DNA of 64,000 nucleotides from Podarcis liolepis. Lineage: Eukaryota. The DNA lies in the NCBI GenBank assembly GCA_965112155.1, contig OZ218107.1; one strand, given 5' to 3'. A program made the position numbers and the translations under genes. Shown here piece by piece: positions 36,172 to 48,530 of this stretch; position 1 is the first letter of the stretch; each line of letters opens with the position of its first letter. The notes beneath the pieces were generated by a model. It did not search any database, was not told the DNA's origin, and was given only the letters and a program-made list of their open reading frames with translations.

Positions 36172-37829
36172 TATCCATTTATTCCCCGCCCCAATTATTG
36201 TTTTTGTGATAAGGAAAGTGACGGGAAAATACCCTGGAAAGTGGGGGGGCAAACAAATCAGAATGAATGTTCAATAAATAGGTCATATGGGAGAGACCCT
36301 GGTTCACAACTATGCTTTTTTACTTTCCTGTTATGCAATCTCTTTCATTGCAGTCACATTGCCTGCACGTGGCAATGTTACATGTGAATTAGACAGGCAC
36401 ATTCCCCACCCCATCCCTGAGCAAACTGTGAACAGAACCTGACAGAAACTGATGAGCATGTTCATTAATCCATCTGAGGAATGTTGTAGTCCCCGTGTAA
36501 CATTTCCAAATGGAGGCGCTCATCCAATTGCTTTTAAAAGTCATTCTGTGAGCACAGAACATTATGTTGGAAGTGGCTCAAAGTTAATCCCAAGCCATCT
36601 TTTTCATCAGGCTGATGATGATGTAACAGTTTCCTTCATGGGAATGTTTTATTAGGGGTTTTTTTTGTGTGGAGGAGCACTTAAATTAGAACTGAAAATA
36701 TACATGGATTTTTTTTTTTTTTAAAAAAGATAAAATCTTGTCTTCTTGCCTTTCAAGTCTTTTGAATATAAGTCTCTAGGCAGGCATTTCTCTTTTTATT
36801 CTGTTTGTACAATGCATCATCAGTATTCCATTGTCTCCTACTCACGTATCTCTCCTAAATAATTTGCTGGGATTTGGAAATCTCATTTAACATTTTCCAT
36901 GTACATGCAGAGTCCACAGGAGGAAGCTAAAAGCACTCTGGTACTGTTGACTTGAGTGTGCCCACAGAACATGAGTGTCTGTGTCCTACGATGGTAAAGC
37001 TGCCCTACAGACCCAGGCTACTATTCTACTGCTGTCTATTCTGACTGATGGCAGCTGCCAGCAAGCTATTCCCCATGCCAGTGACATGAAGGCATTTGAT
37101 CAATGTTCACCTGGATTTCCTGAATCTGCAGGATTTGGGAGCCATTTGTGACCTTGGAAACAGCTGTTGGATAGGAGATTTAAATCCCGAACTTTCAGGA
37201 ATGTACTCAAGTGTACTTGATTACATTCCTGACACCGGAGCAAAGTATGGATTGTTTTGTTCATACATGCCCATTTCCCTATCACTCTATAATGTAATAT
37301 ATTTCCTCCTATATAGTACAAGCCATTCCCTTCCACCAATTTAATACAAACAAATGATGAAAGCCTTCTGGAAAACATACTAAAGATTAGGAATAGCATC
37401 ATCATGAGTCTTGCTCAGATGCCTGCAACTAGCGCACTTTGTTTGGAAGTAAGAACTGAGAGCTGGATAAGCAAAAGCATTAAAAGCAATGTGCTTTTCT
37501 CCAGGAATGGACAAAATTCAAATAAACATTTGTAAAGGCGCATCTCTCAAGAAGACTGGAAAAGTAAATAAAATGATTCGAAGAGCAGATCCATTCAAAC
37601 AGGTCAGCGTTCTTGTAATCCTTGCTGAATATTAAAATCCTGACTACATTGCTTTCCTGGACATTTCCATCAGCATTAGTAGACGGCCCTTTATAATGAC
37701 CGTGCATCAGTTGATAGATGCTATAGGATCTTCGCAAGGTATTAGTGTAATTTTGAGTCATGGCCAGAGAACCTTAGCAGTCTGGAGGAAAGACAGTCAA
37801 TATTTGAAGGACGTACAATTCTGGTTAAA

Positions 37830-38016
37830 AGGAGATAGAAAGCTGCTTTATACTGAATCAGATTATTGTTCCATCTAGCTCATTACTGTCTATGCTAGCA
37901 GTGGCTCCCTAGGATTTCAGACTAGAGTCTCCCCAAGCCCTACCTGGAGATGCAGGGAACTAAATGTGCGACTTTTGGCACCCAAACTAAGTGCTCTATC
38001 GCTGAACCATGGCCCT
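37830..38016 (-). mobile_element. Squam3-type SINE
   Basis: agctgctttatactgaatcag...ccatctagctc...cagtggctcc...tgctctatcgctgaaccatggccc. Confidence 0.65.
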
Positions 38017-39225
38017 CTCACTTCCCCCCACATTTTAAACAAATCACAGAGGAGACTCTGTAAACAGGTAGATCAAACTACAGTGTCTTATACAGCATCT
38101 TTTTATACTAGTCTTTTTATATAAAAAAAGAAGGTTGTGTTTAGTGGATTTCAAGGTCCAAACTAGATGTAACGGGGCTACGTCTGTTCACAAATCTGCC
38201 CTCTTATTGTATAAAGTGGAGATGGGATGGGGACTGAATTTTTACACCATATGTGTGGGTGAATGCATGGAATTTTGGGAGGGAAATCAGACTCCATGTG
38301 CTACTATACATATAAATGGGCACACACATGAATAAACAGTCCTGGATGCCCCAGTCATGTCATTAGTTTCCAGCACCGTAAAATGCAAACTGTTGCTTGA
38401 TTCTGATTAGATGCTGACTTCCTGCAGGTTCTAGAGTTTAACAGAGAGATGTCAATTTCAGGATCAAAACTCCACATGGGTGGGGGAAAAGATGTGTTTT
38501 TAAAAGGCAAAGAAAAGTGAAGTTGACATATTTCAAGGAGAAAAATGTAAAGAAGCATATGAGAAATCAGTTAAGCTATTTGCATAAGCTTATTCTATTA
38601 GAAATCAAGGACAGAAGTTGGTTGGATATGTTCATTGGTATGTATGAGTGGATTTAACTTGCATACCTACATAGGGAGTTGCCAGTCATTGTATTTCTAG
38701 TGCACAGGCAGTGGTTATGTGTTATTAGCTTCAGCTCATGTTGATGCCTGGCATGAACATATCAAAGTTCCAGGGCTCGACTCCACAACCAATTTCAAAG
38801 TGGTAGGGTGCAAACTCCTGTGAGAACAGTTTGGTCTGGTTCCCAGGAACTCTTCCAGTGCTTGTGGTTTAGTACTAAAGCACTGACCCAAAATGAGAAC
38901 CTGCTGTCTGATTACACCCTGGCAGTGCATTAATTAATATTAAGTGTTTTCTGTTGCCCCATGTTCTACTAAAGATGTGTTTTTACTTTGCTGCTTTCTG
39001 GTCAGACAGTCACTTATTCTGGGGACCATAAAGCTAACATTTTGGAGATTATGAAATTTACACTTAACTAATATTTATGAAATTATGTATGCATCAGTAC
39101 TCCCATACTAGGCTTGTTAATTAAAATGCATGAAATGGCTCCTACAACTACAATACCGACACAAATATATTTATAGTAAGTCGGAAAATCAGTAATTAAG
39201 TTCCCATTAATCCCTTGAAATATTT

Positions 39226-39906
39226 GGTTATGAGTTTTGTGGGGGTGGGCTGTATTCCTGAGACCTGTTTTGATCAGTGGCGTAGTGTGGGGGGTGCAGG
39301 GGGGGTGGCCACACCGGGCGCAACATCTGGGGGTTAGGGTTAGGGGGCGCAAATCCATGGGTTAGGGGGCACAAATTACTTGCCTTGCCCCGGGTGCTGA
39401 CAACCCACGCTACGCCACTGGTTCTGATTCCTGGATCAAGCACGGATTCAATTCTTGGAATAGCCAGGCTAGCTTCCTAGTGAGGTAATGGCCCTCTAAA
39501 TATGGGCCTATAAGGTAACAAAGGAAGTGGCTCTGTGCCATATGGAAAATAGGTGGGTCCCCTTCAGTCAACTTGCTGGTAGCTAGAAAGACAAAGAGCA
39601 GAGTTGAGAGTTGGATGTGTGAGCTACAAATGAGCAGTAGAAGGCTGAAATCTGTGAGACAGAGCCATGCCTGATTTCTGCTGGAATCCAAGGCTATGGC
39701 TATGGGAGAAGCAAGACCCTCTTGGGATGCTAATGCTGTGAGCCTCTCCATCTTAGGCTCAGGATTTTTATATGTGTAAATAAACCATATATCCTAAAGA
39801 CACCATAGTCTCTGCTGTCCCTCATTCGGAGGAAACTGAATCCTGGGATAAGAACCAGGAACCCCTAGAATTTTGCAGTGCTCAGAGATTGGGGTGGAAT
39901 GCAACA
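39226..39906 (+). mobile_element. 5' LTR of a Gypsy-type retrotransposon, followed by a tRNA-Leu primer-binding site (39908-39927)
   Basis: Ends ...gattggggtggaatgcaaCA, then tggtgtcaaaagtgggattc (19/20 complementary to the 3' end of tRNA-Leu, GAATCCCACTTCTGACACCA); AATAAA at ~39779; homologous to 40646-41200 and 50250-50748. Confidence 0.82.
39275..39420. mobile_element. hAT MITE (146 bp) inserted in the LTR
   Basis: 17-bp TIRs cagtggcgtagtgtggg / cccacgctacgccactg; 8-bp TSD gttttgat (39267-39274) / gttctgat (39421-39428). Confidence 0.9.
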
Positions 39907-40645
39907 CTGGTGTCAAAAGTGGGATTCATGTTTTCTAGAGGAGGACCTGTGAGCAAGGTGTGCCTGAGGCAAGTTGGAAAGAGGAAGAGCAACACACTTT
40001 GAGTGGCTTGTGTCAGGGACTGGCAGGACTCTGAAGAGTGTGGGGCAGAGGCAGGGACTGGGAGAGTGACCCAGGAGAGGGGATCAGTGATTTATAGGAT
40101 TTGACGCCACCCACAAGGCAGGAGCCAGGAGGGGAAGGAGAGTCAGAGTAGTCCAAGGTGGAGGAAGGAGCCATGAGATAACAGACAAAACAGTAGATTA
40201 AGAGGACTTAGTTCTACATTCTGATAGTTAACTTCAGTTTTGGAAGACATCATTCCAAGAAGAAAAAAAACGGCATTTCAAAAGATCCCTTGCATAAGAT
40301 TATTGGGTCTGTTCCTTAATACATTGTTAGGTAAAATAAAAGGATTCCTAAATGGAGAGACATTTATTCCTTTATTGTGTTTTGAAGACACCATTCTGTA
40401 TCAATAGCCAGGAAGGAGCTAGTCCAGCCCTTTTTTGCCAGAGTATACCATACCCTTTAATCATTTGGAGGGGGTGGGCATGTGATGTGGAGGTGGGTGT
40501 TGGGGAAGAAATATGCTTTAGTTGCAAAGGGGCCTGAAGGCACAGATTCACAGTGAGACGTTTCCATGGCAGTGCTATAGAAACCAGGTTTTGCTGCTTG
40601 CTACTTCTCAGAATGGAATTTCAATGCTTTGCGTAGCTTTGGTAC

Positions 40646-41200
40646 TGTTATGAGTTTGTGGGTGCCAGACCTCTATATTCCTGGGTCCAGCAAGTGTTAG
40701 AATTTAATCAAGGCTTGGGGTGTTTAAACTGGTTATTAGACACTTCTAATCCCTGGATTCAGCAAGTTTTAACAGCTAATTAAGCCAGGCTAGCCTCTCC
40801 ATTATGAGAATAAAGGGCTTGTGCTAGACATCAAATTGGTGGGCCCTCCTCCCTCAACAGATAATGCAAGAGTTTAGAGTAGAGAGGAGGAGAGATGGGA
40901 CCTAGAAGGAAAGCAGCAGGCTAGAGATAGAGCGAGGGAGAGCAACGTTAGAGAACAGGATATTTGATACCCGTTTGAATCCAAGGCTGTGACTATGGGA
41001 GAAAAAAGATCCTTTGGGGGTGTTAGTGCTGTGAACGCCTCCATTGAAGACTCAGGTTGTATATAGGTGTGTAAATAAGCCATATGCTATAAAGACACTG
41101 CAGTCTTCACTGTGCCTCATTCCTGAAAGGAAACATGAACCCTGGGTGAGCGCCTGGAACCCCAGGAATCACCACTCAGAGATTGGGGTAGCATGCAACC
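40646..41200 (+). mobile_element. Solo LTR, same family as 39226-39906
   Basis: Starts TGttatgagtttgtggg, ends gattggggtagcatgcaacc; 4-bp TSD gtac (40642-40645, 41201-41204). Confidence 0.78.
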
Positions 41201-41382
41201 GTACAAAAAAGAAGCAACTCTTTAGAATACAGACTTTTACATGTTGCCTCACGCTATCCTTCACTGTGTTCATCACCTAAGTCACTACTCTACTTGTGCT
41301 AATACAATCTGTGACAAAACACTTTGTGGTTTTTTTTTAAAAGCCTGTCTTTTTTCTTATATGTGGCTTCTTTAAATAAATG

Positions 41383-41660
41383 TCATAGAATCATAGAACT
41401 GCAGAGTTGGAGGGAACCCCAAAAGTCATTTAGTCCACCTCCCTGCAGTGCAGGTATTTCAGCTAAAGCATCTATAACAGATGGCCACCCAACCTCTGCT
41501 TAAAAACCTCCAATGAAGAAGAGTCCACAACCTGCCGAGAGAGACCACTCCACTGTTGAACAGCTCTTACTGCCAGAAAGTTCTTCCTGGTGTTTATTCG
41601 GAATTGCCTTTCTTATAACTTGAACCCATTGGTTTAAGTCCTACCCTCCGGAGCAGGAGA
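41383..41660 (-). mobile_element. CR1 LINE 3' end
   Basis: tcatagaatcatagaa (reverse of the CR1 (ATTCTATG)n terminus)...gagttggagggaacccc...aaacctccaatgaagaagagtccac...agaaagttcttcct. Confidence 0.88.
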
Positions 41661-42820
41661 CGGTCTTCCCTGTGACCGTCAAGGTTTTCAGTTTGGTTGA
41701 CAGATGGATCTATTCTTTGTTCTAGTTTGAATATACCATATTTTTCAGTAAGCCTAACTTCAACCTGAGTTATTACTGTTGCAAAAACTGTGCATAAGGA
41801 TGGCCACTTAATAGGGTCTATTGGTATTGCTGCATTGTCAATCAGGCACTGACATCAGGAGTGCTAGGCTGATCTTAGGAACTCAAGTAGAGTCGCAGCT
41901 CATAGCACCAAATATTATTCTTTTGGTCAGCAGCAAGACTAGAGAGGGATTAGGAGAGAAATGGTAGCTAGGAGCATCACTCTTCTGGAATTCAATTTAT
42001 GTAATTGCCATGACATTATCATTTTGCAGACTTGGCAGCCATATATTCCTCCTTTCTGAAATGTTGTTTAAATTAGAGACAGACCCACACCTACCAGAAA
42101 CAGTCAGAATATTCACTCAACTTTTATATCAATCATTTTCAGCTACCTGTACCAAACAAATGCATTCTTTTATGAACATTGTTGATAGAGAAAAGCAGGA
42201 GAGAATACAGTAATTCGAACACTTATGGAAAACAGTGATCATGTACTAAAACTGGCAGTAAAAACACATATATGGCAGTAAACACATATATGCATATTCT
42301 AAAATTCTGCAAGTGAATCAAATCATTCACGGGGCTATTCATATAATATCCTTGTTTCCACAAATTCCCAGTAATCTGATTACTAAATAGGATAAAAATA
42401 GTATGTTTTTCTGAAAGTTTCAACATAATGTGTCAAACAAAAGGGAAATTGAGACCATTATGCAAAATAGTTCTTTTAGTGAAAAATGTATTGTAAATCA
42501 GATAATCAAAATTAGCATTCCCACTTCAAGACTGCTTTTAAAAAATTGTTGAATAGGATAATTTTAATTGAATGCATGGACTTAATTTCTTAACTTGTTT
42601 TGACGTGTTTAAGAACATCAACTGATTTGCTTTTTAGCCTTAGAATCTGCTATTAAAATGAAGGATGTCAGACATATAAATAAAAACCTTCTTAAATTTA
42701 TGCAATTGCCTTAAAAGTATTATATGTTACATTTAAGGCAGAATTGTTAGAAATCTCAGCTGTTTGTTATTATTAACTATCAGCCTCATACCTGGTGCTG
42801 CTCAGGAATTCTAAGAAACC

Positions 42821-42877
<57 letters not shown>
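42821..42877. repeat. (AAT)n microsatellite
   Basis: Direct reading. Confidence 0.95.
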
Positions 42878-42878
<1 letters not shown>

Positions 42879-44329
42879 TCAGTGCTCATTTGAAAGGTTA
42901 AGTCTGCCATCTTGATTCAAAATGTCATCTAACAGTATCCAAGCATAGATTAAGACCTTTGCCTTGATCTCAAAAACTATGCAGAATTTGATTATTTTAA
43001 GAGGTGTCCAAGTGCACAGCAAACAGATAAACAACTTTTGAAAAAGTGTACTAGATACTAGCCCTTTGGTTAAGTGGATGAGGAGGAACCCACTGAAATT
43101 AAATTCAAGAGGTGAAGGTGATGTTGGAAGGGAATGACTATGGTGTGGAAAAGATAAGCCTGCTTATCATCAATGGGTTTACAGTTATCCTATTTATGCC
43201 TAGGGGTTCTTCCGGACGCAGCCTGTTACTTGAAAGAAAAGGCCAGCCTTTGTGTGGAGGCCTTCTCCCTCCTTACAGCAAGTTTTAAATGCCATTCACA
43301 GGCTAGAACTCCCATATCTGTCCCTAACAAAGCTCACCTGCCAGGCACTGTTTACCCTCTGCTGGGGACGAAGTTCACCCACAAGAGCTGGCCCGATTGG
43401 GGTCAGAAGGAACCCCTGCGGACTTTGCCAGCAAGCCACACCTAACTTGGTGGCCCAACAAGCTGGTTGCCCTGGTAATGGAGCCAGTATCTTCGAAGGG
43501 CAGAACTGGACAGCAACGCAGGTGGGAGGAGATATTTTGTTGCTATAGGAACAGAGATGCTGTCTCCTTTGCTGCAAGCCCTGGCTGTCTCAAAGATGGG
43601 TAGCAGATATTTGCCAAGTCTTCTGGCAAGCATTTAATGGTGGAGGCAGGCTGAAAGTTGGGGAGTACAAAGAGAAGTCTAGCTGCTGGGAGACGGTAGA
43701 GTGATCAGGAGAGAGAAAGCAGGCTTAGAAGAGAGGATAATTAAAGGAGACTAAACCTCCTTCTCCTCTAAATCTGATTCCATACAAGGGGAGGTGGCAG
43801 AAGGGAGGTGCCATGCCCAACTTGCTACACTATCGCATCCATGCAGCAGGTTAGTACAGGAAACTGCTAGAATCATGGCCTTTACAGTAGTGGCTCCAGA
43901 CTGTGGAATGTCCTTCTGGAAAATCATTCTTGAAGAGGCTAGGAAATCCACCCCCTTGTTAGAGTTTCAGAAAGGCTATAAGACCTTTCTTCTATGGCTG
44001 ATCAGTGGCTGCACTGGTGATGTTCTGTTAGTAGGGATAAACTGCAATAAGTAGGGAAAGAGGAGGGAGTAGGAGGTCTCCCTTCCCCTCTGTGGTGGGT
44101 GCAGCAATTACCGCTGCAGCATTTGCAAGCAATGAGAATGAAGAAGGGCTGTCTTTCTGCCATCTCTCTCCTTTATAACACCTGGCATGGGAGTGACTGA
44201 TATTGCACTAGCTTTGGGGGAAATAACGTTTCCTAGGGACTTCTTGCCGCCCAGTGTGATACGTTGCAGCAAGGCAGAGACAGGAAACAGGGTGGTGGGT
44301 AGAGAGAATTCCTTCTCCCTTTCCCTGCT

Positions 44330-44512
44330 TGCCTGTTTAGGGAAGTTTTTAATGTTTGATATTTTATTCTGTTTTTAATCTGTTGGGAGCCACCTAGAGT
44401 GGCTGGGGAAACCCAGCCGGATGGGTGGGGTATAAATAATAAATGATGAAGAAGAAGAAGAAGAAGAAGAAGAAGAAGAAGAAGAAGAAGAAGAAGGAGA
44501 AGAAGAAGAAGA
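44330..44512 (+). mobile_element. L2 LINE 3' terminus with (GAA)n tail
   Basis: gcctgtttagggaagtttttaatg...cctagagtggctggggaaacccagccggatgggtggggtataaataataaa, closely similar to 48403-48520. Confidence 0.85.
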
Positions 44513-47173
44513 GAGAGATTAAAATTCAAGACATAAATAATTTAAGACTCACCTTGTGTTTGAGGCAAACTTTATGAGCCCACAAGACTTGTATTTCTGA
44601 GCCCCAAAATATAAGTCTTGTTGACATCACTAGGAATAACGTTGTAATTTAATTGTGTGCAAACCATAAGAGGAATCACTGACTGTGAGCATCTCCAGAT
44701 GTCCCGTTTATTCATCCTGATTTGCTTGCACAAACTACACTTTATTGAGCATTCACTCTGATTTGTTTATGGGGCAATTAAATGACAATGAGCATTCTTC
44801 CTGCATTCTTCATGATGCGCAGGGTGTTTACACATCTTCCATTAGACTTTTGTTCATCTCACATTTTTAAATGCACTTCCCTGCCATTTTCCAAACCACA
44901 AATTGTCCATTTAAAAAAAAAATTGATATGCTCCACTAAGGTAACAGAGTGCTTTAAGCTGCTTTAAATGTGCAAACCTAAATATCCAGAATGCACTTGA
45001 ATCTGTCTCGCAAAATACAGAGGCTCAGAGCGCTGCAGACATCTTTGGTAAGAACTGAAAGCATTCACAGATATCTTCCGTTTTCCTTGGCTGTGTTCAC
45101 CGATACCTTTTCATTTTGAAGGATGGCCTGTATCACGTGTGCGGAATGTCTTGGGTATTGGAATCAGCTGTCTGGCCTTGTCCCCTTCACTCTCGCCTTC
45201 TCCTATCCTTGTCTGGAAAATTGCCTTCTGCTTGTAATATTCTGAAACAAGGAGGCTAATCAAAGGCCCTTTTCTGTGGAACAGGGACACTAAGTGACAA
45301 GATTAATTTTTGTAATCAAGCAACTTAATTTGGACAATTCCCCTCCATGCTTTTGCTTGCAGAAAATAAGGCAAATCACATTCTGGCAAGAACCTTTCCC
45401 TCTGCATGCAGCAATTCATTTCTCCTCTCTTGTTGAAAAGGGTAGGGTAGTGATCCTTGGAATAGGGGTCTGAAAGGGGGAAAAAACGAAGGGAAGGGAG
45501 GAGACAAAGTTTCAAAATTAAAATGATGCTCTTGGGAAAGAGGACTGTATTCACCTGACTGATGATGATTTTGTTCCTTTCCACTTGGAATGCAGTCAGT
45601 GGAGCCATGGATGTAACAGTACAAATACGTAGCATTTCCAGCATGCTTTCAGAATTATCTCAGTAGCTACTTCAAAGGGCACATCAACACTACTGTCTTA
45701 GAGAATGTGTTTAACACAGAAAGGACTTTATACAATCTGATCCCCACCTCTACCTTTGGCTGAGATAGGCCTGGAGACTTTGGTGTCCTTGCAATGTTTG
45801 CCTTAATTACAAATATGTAAGCAGAGCTTAAGTGCAAGCTAGCACACATACCTATAAGTAGACAGCACCAGATTCCCAAAGAGAATCTGAAGCAGGCATC
45901 TTAAATTCCAAACTGCTGTTTTCCTCTCAAACATTATTATTATTATCATCAATCATTTCATCTCTATACTGATTTATATTTAAGGAAAAAAATTCATAGT
46001 GGTTTGCAACCTACATTAAAACATCAAATAAAACAATCCAGAACAAAACATTACTGAAGAAAGTCAAGCATACATTCAAACAACCTAATTAACAGGAAAC
46101 TAAAACATTATCTTAAAAGATTTCAAGATAAGATACTACCAAGGAAGTCAAATATAAAATGCACATTTAAAACGGCATCATTAGCAAGAGAATAAAATAT
46201 TACCTGGGACTGCACTAAGAGAAAGCGAAGATGGTCTCCAGCCTCTTCAGCAGCCTGAGCTTTTGTAGCTGGAGTCCATCAGGGCCCTGCCCCCCTAGGC
46301 ACAGAGCGGGTCATCCAGATTTCACAGCCAAGATGCTGTAGTAGAGCCCAGGTCTGAGACCCCCACAGCTACAGAGGAATTGATCCTTCCCAGCACCATC
46401 CATAAACATTCAAGGAACATTAAAACTGTTTTGTTAAAGGTCCTTGCAATCAAGCTACCCAAACCCAGGCCATTACCCTTGTTTGATGCTCGGAGTAAGG
46501 GCTTCAAAGCCTTCCCCTTCTGCCTTTTAAAGTCCTCCTTTTTAGTTTCTCCCTGCAGTGTTTGTAGCATCTCTTTCTCTGCAGGGGGCATCTTCAACTC
46601 AACTAGATCCCCTGCCATTTTTTAGCGGTCAGTTTGTTTACAGCAACGGCTCATGACATTATTTACAGCTCTCTCCATCTTTGTCCCTTTCTTCCTCCTG
46701 ACCTCTTACTGCGTACCTCAGTTGCCTAGAGAATTTAAAATAAGACCCCAAACTTACAGCAACTTCTTTAGGAAGTTTAAATAACACAATTTTTGTGGGG
46801 TTAGTGGCAGCAGCACCTGAAAAATATTGGGTTGAAAAATATTGGGTTGTATTCCATCCCCTCCCCTTATCCTAGTTTCTCTGAATCTCAGTTTGCTGTG
46901 TAGTCATCCCTAGCTACAGTCAGTTTCAAAACAAGCTAACTTTACAATTTCTGGTTTAAATTACACAAGAAGCTGAGGTTCAGGGAAATTAAGTTATCAC
47001 TGCTGAATTCCCTCTCCTGGCAGGAGGCGGTAAGGGGAGGAAAGTGTGTGAGTCTGGAGCTCATTCTGCACATCTCACTCAACTAGGGACTGGGAACTTG
47101 TTTCCCTACATATAAGGACAAATGCAGGTTTCTTTTGGCATCTGGAACTCATTTTAGATCCATAGAACACTGA

Positions 47174-47429
47174 GGCTCCATCCGCACTTCAATTTGTCCC
47201 GTGACTTCAAGTGGTTTCAAGTCACAGATCTGAAAGGGTTTTTTTTTGTGTCCTGCTACTTTCCCTGGGAAACCCTGCTATTTATTGCCGAATTGGAACA
47301 AACGTCAATCAACTTTTCTGCAGTTTTTCTGCAGTAAATAGTGGATTTTCCCAGGTTCAGTAGTGGGACAAAAACCCGAAACCTCTCAGACCCATGACTT
47401 GAAATCACAGGAAAATTGTGGATAGGCCC
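47174..47429. mobile_element. Palindromic MITE, PIF/Harbinger-like
   Basis: Ends ggctccatccgcac / tgtggataggccc flanked by tga/tca; long imperfect inverted arms (ttcaagtcacagatctgaaaggg vs cctctcagacccatgacttgaa; ctgggaaaccctgctatttattgc vs gcagtaaatagtggattttcccag). Confidence 0.6.
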
Positions 47430-47607
47430 TCAGATAATTATAGTACTGGAGGAGGAGCTTAATTAGACTTGATCTATTGAAATCAATTGATCCAAGTTAC
47501 ATTTCAAGATCATGGGTGTGGACATAGTTTGATAATGTGCATTTAATGCTGGATGCAGACACCTTTTGTGGGATGCTGTACATATAACATCATCCTTATA
47601 TCTTATA

Positions 47608-48530
47608 CCCAGCTCTACCTCTTTTAAATTGGAACCAGTGAAGGCAGTGAAGGTCCTGTGTGAGTGCCTGGAGGCGGTTTTAGGATGGATGGCGGCTAAT
47701 GGATTGAGGTTGAATCCTGACAAGACAGAAGTACTGTTCTTGGGGGACAGGGGGCGGGCTGGTGTGGAGGACTCCCTGGTCCTGAATGGGGTAACTGTTC
47801 CCCTGAAGGACCAGGTGCACAGCCTGGGAGTCATTTTGGACTCACAGCTGTCCATGGAGGCACAGGTCAAATCTGTGTCCAGGGCAGCTGTCTACCAGCT
47901 CCATCTGGTATGCAGGCTGAGACCCTACCTGCCCGCGGACTGTCTTGCCAGAGTGGTGCATGCTCTAGTTATCTCCCGCTTGGACTACTGCAATGCGCTC
48001 TACGTGGGGCTACCTTTGAAGGTGACCCGGAAACTACAACTAATCCAGAATGCGGCAGCTAGACTGGTGACTGGGGGCAGCCTCCGAGACCATATAACAC
48101 CAGTCCTGAAAGACCTACATTGGCTCCCAGTACGTTTCCGAGCACAATTCAGAGTGTTGGTGTTGACCTTTAAAGGCCTAAAAGGCCTCGGTCCAGTATA
48201 CCTGAAGGAGCGTCTCCACCCCCATCGTTCTGCCCGGACAATGAGGTCCAGCGCTGAGGGCCTTCTGGCGGTTCCCTCATTGCGAGAAGCAAAGGTACAG
48301 GGAACCAGGCAGAGGGCCTTCTCGGTAGTGGCGAGGAACACCCTTCCATCAGATGTCAAAGAGATAAGCAACTACCTGACATTTAGACGACATCTGAAGG
48401 CAGCCCTGTTCAGGAAAGTTTTTAATGTGTGACATTTTAATGTATTTTTAATCTTTGTTGGAAGCTACCCAGAGTGGCTGGGGAAACCCAGCCAGATGGG
48501 CGGGGTACAAATAATAAATTATTATTATTA
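47608..48530 (+). mobile_element. L2-clade LINE, 5'-truncated (RT C-terminal region, 3' UTR, (ATT)n tail)
   Basis: ORF 47566-48432: WMAANGLRLNPDKTEVL...LGVILDSQLSM...ALVISRLDYCNALYVGLP...LQLIQNAAARL...HITPVLKDLHWLPV, a hallmark of L2 ORF2; frame open for ~270 codons. Confidence 0.92.

Noticed and set aside
46322-46618. 98-aa minus-strand ATG ORF (MAGDLVELKMPP...)
   Set aside because: No family recognised and no splice or poly(A) support; could be chance or repeat-derived.
47566-48432. 288-aa ORF as a host gene
   Set aside because: It is the C-terminal part of L2 LINE ORF2, 5'-truncated and followed by the L2 tail.
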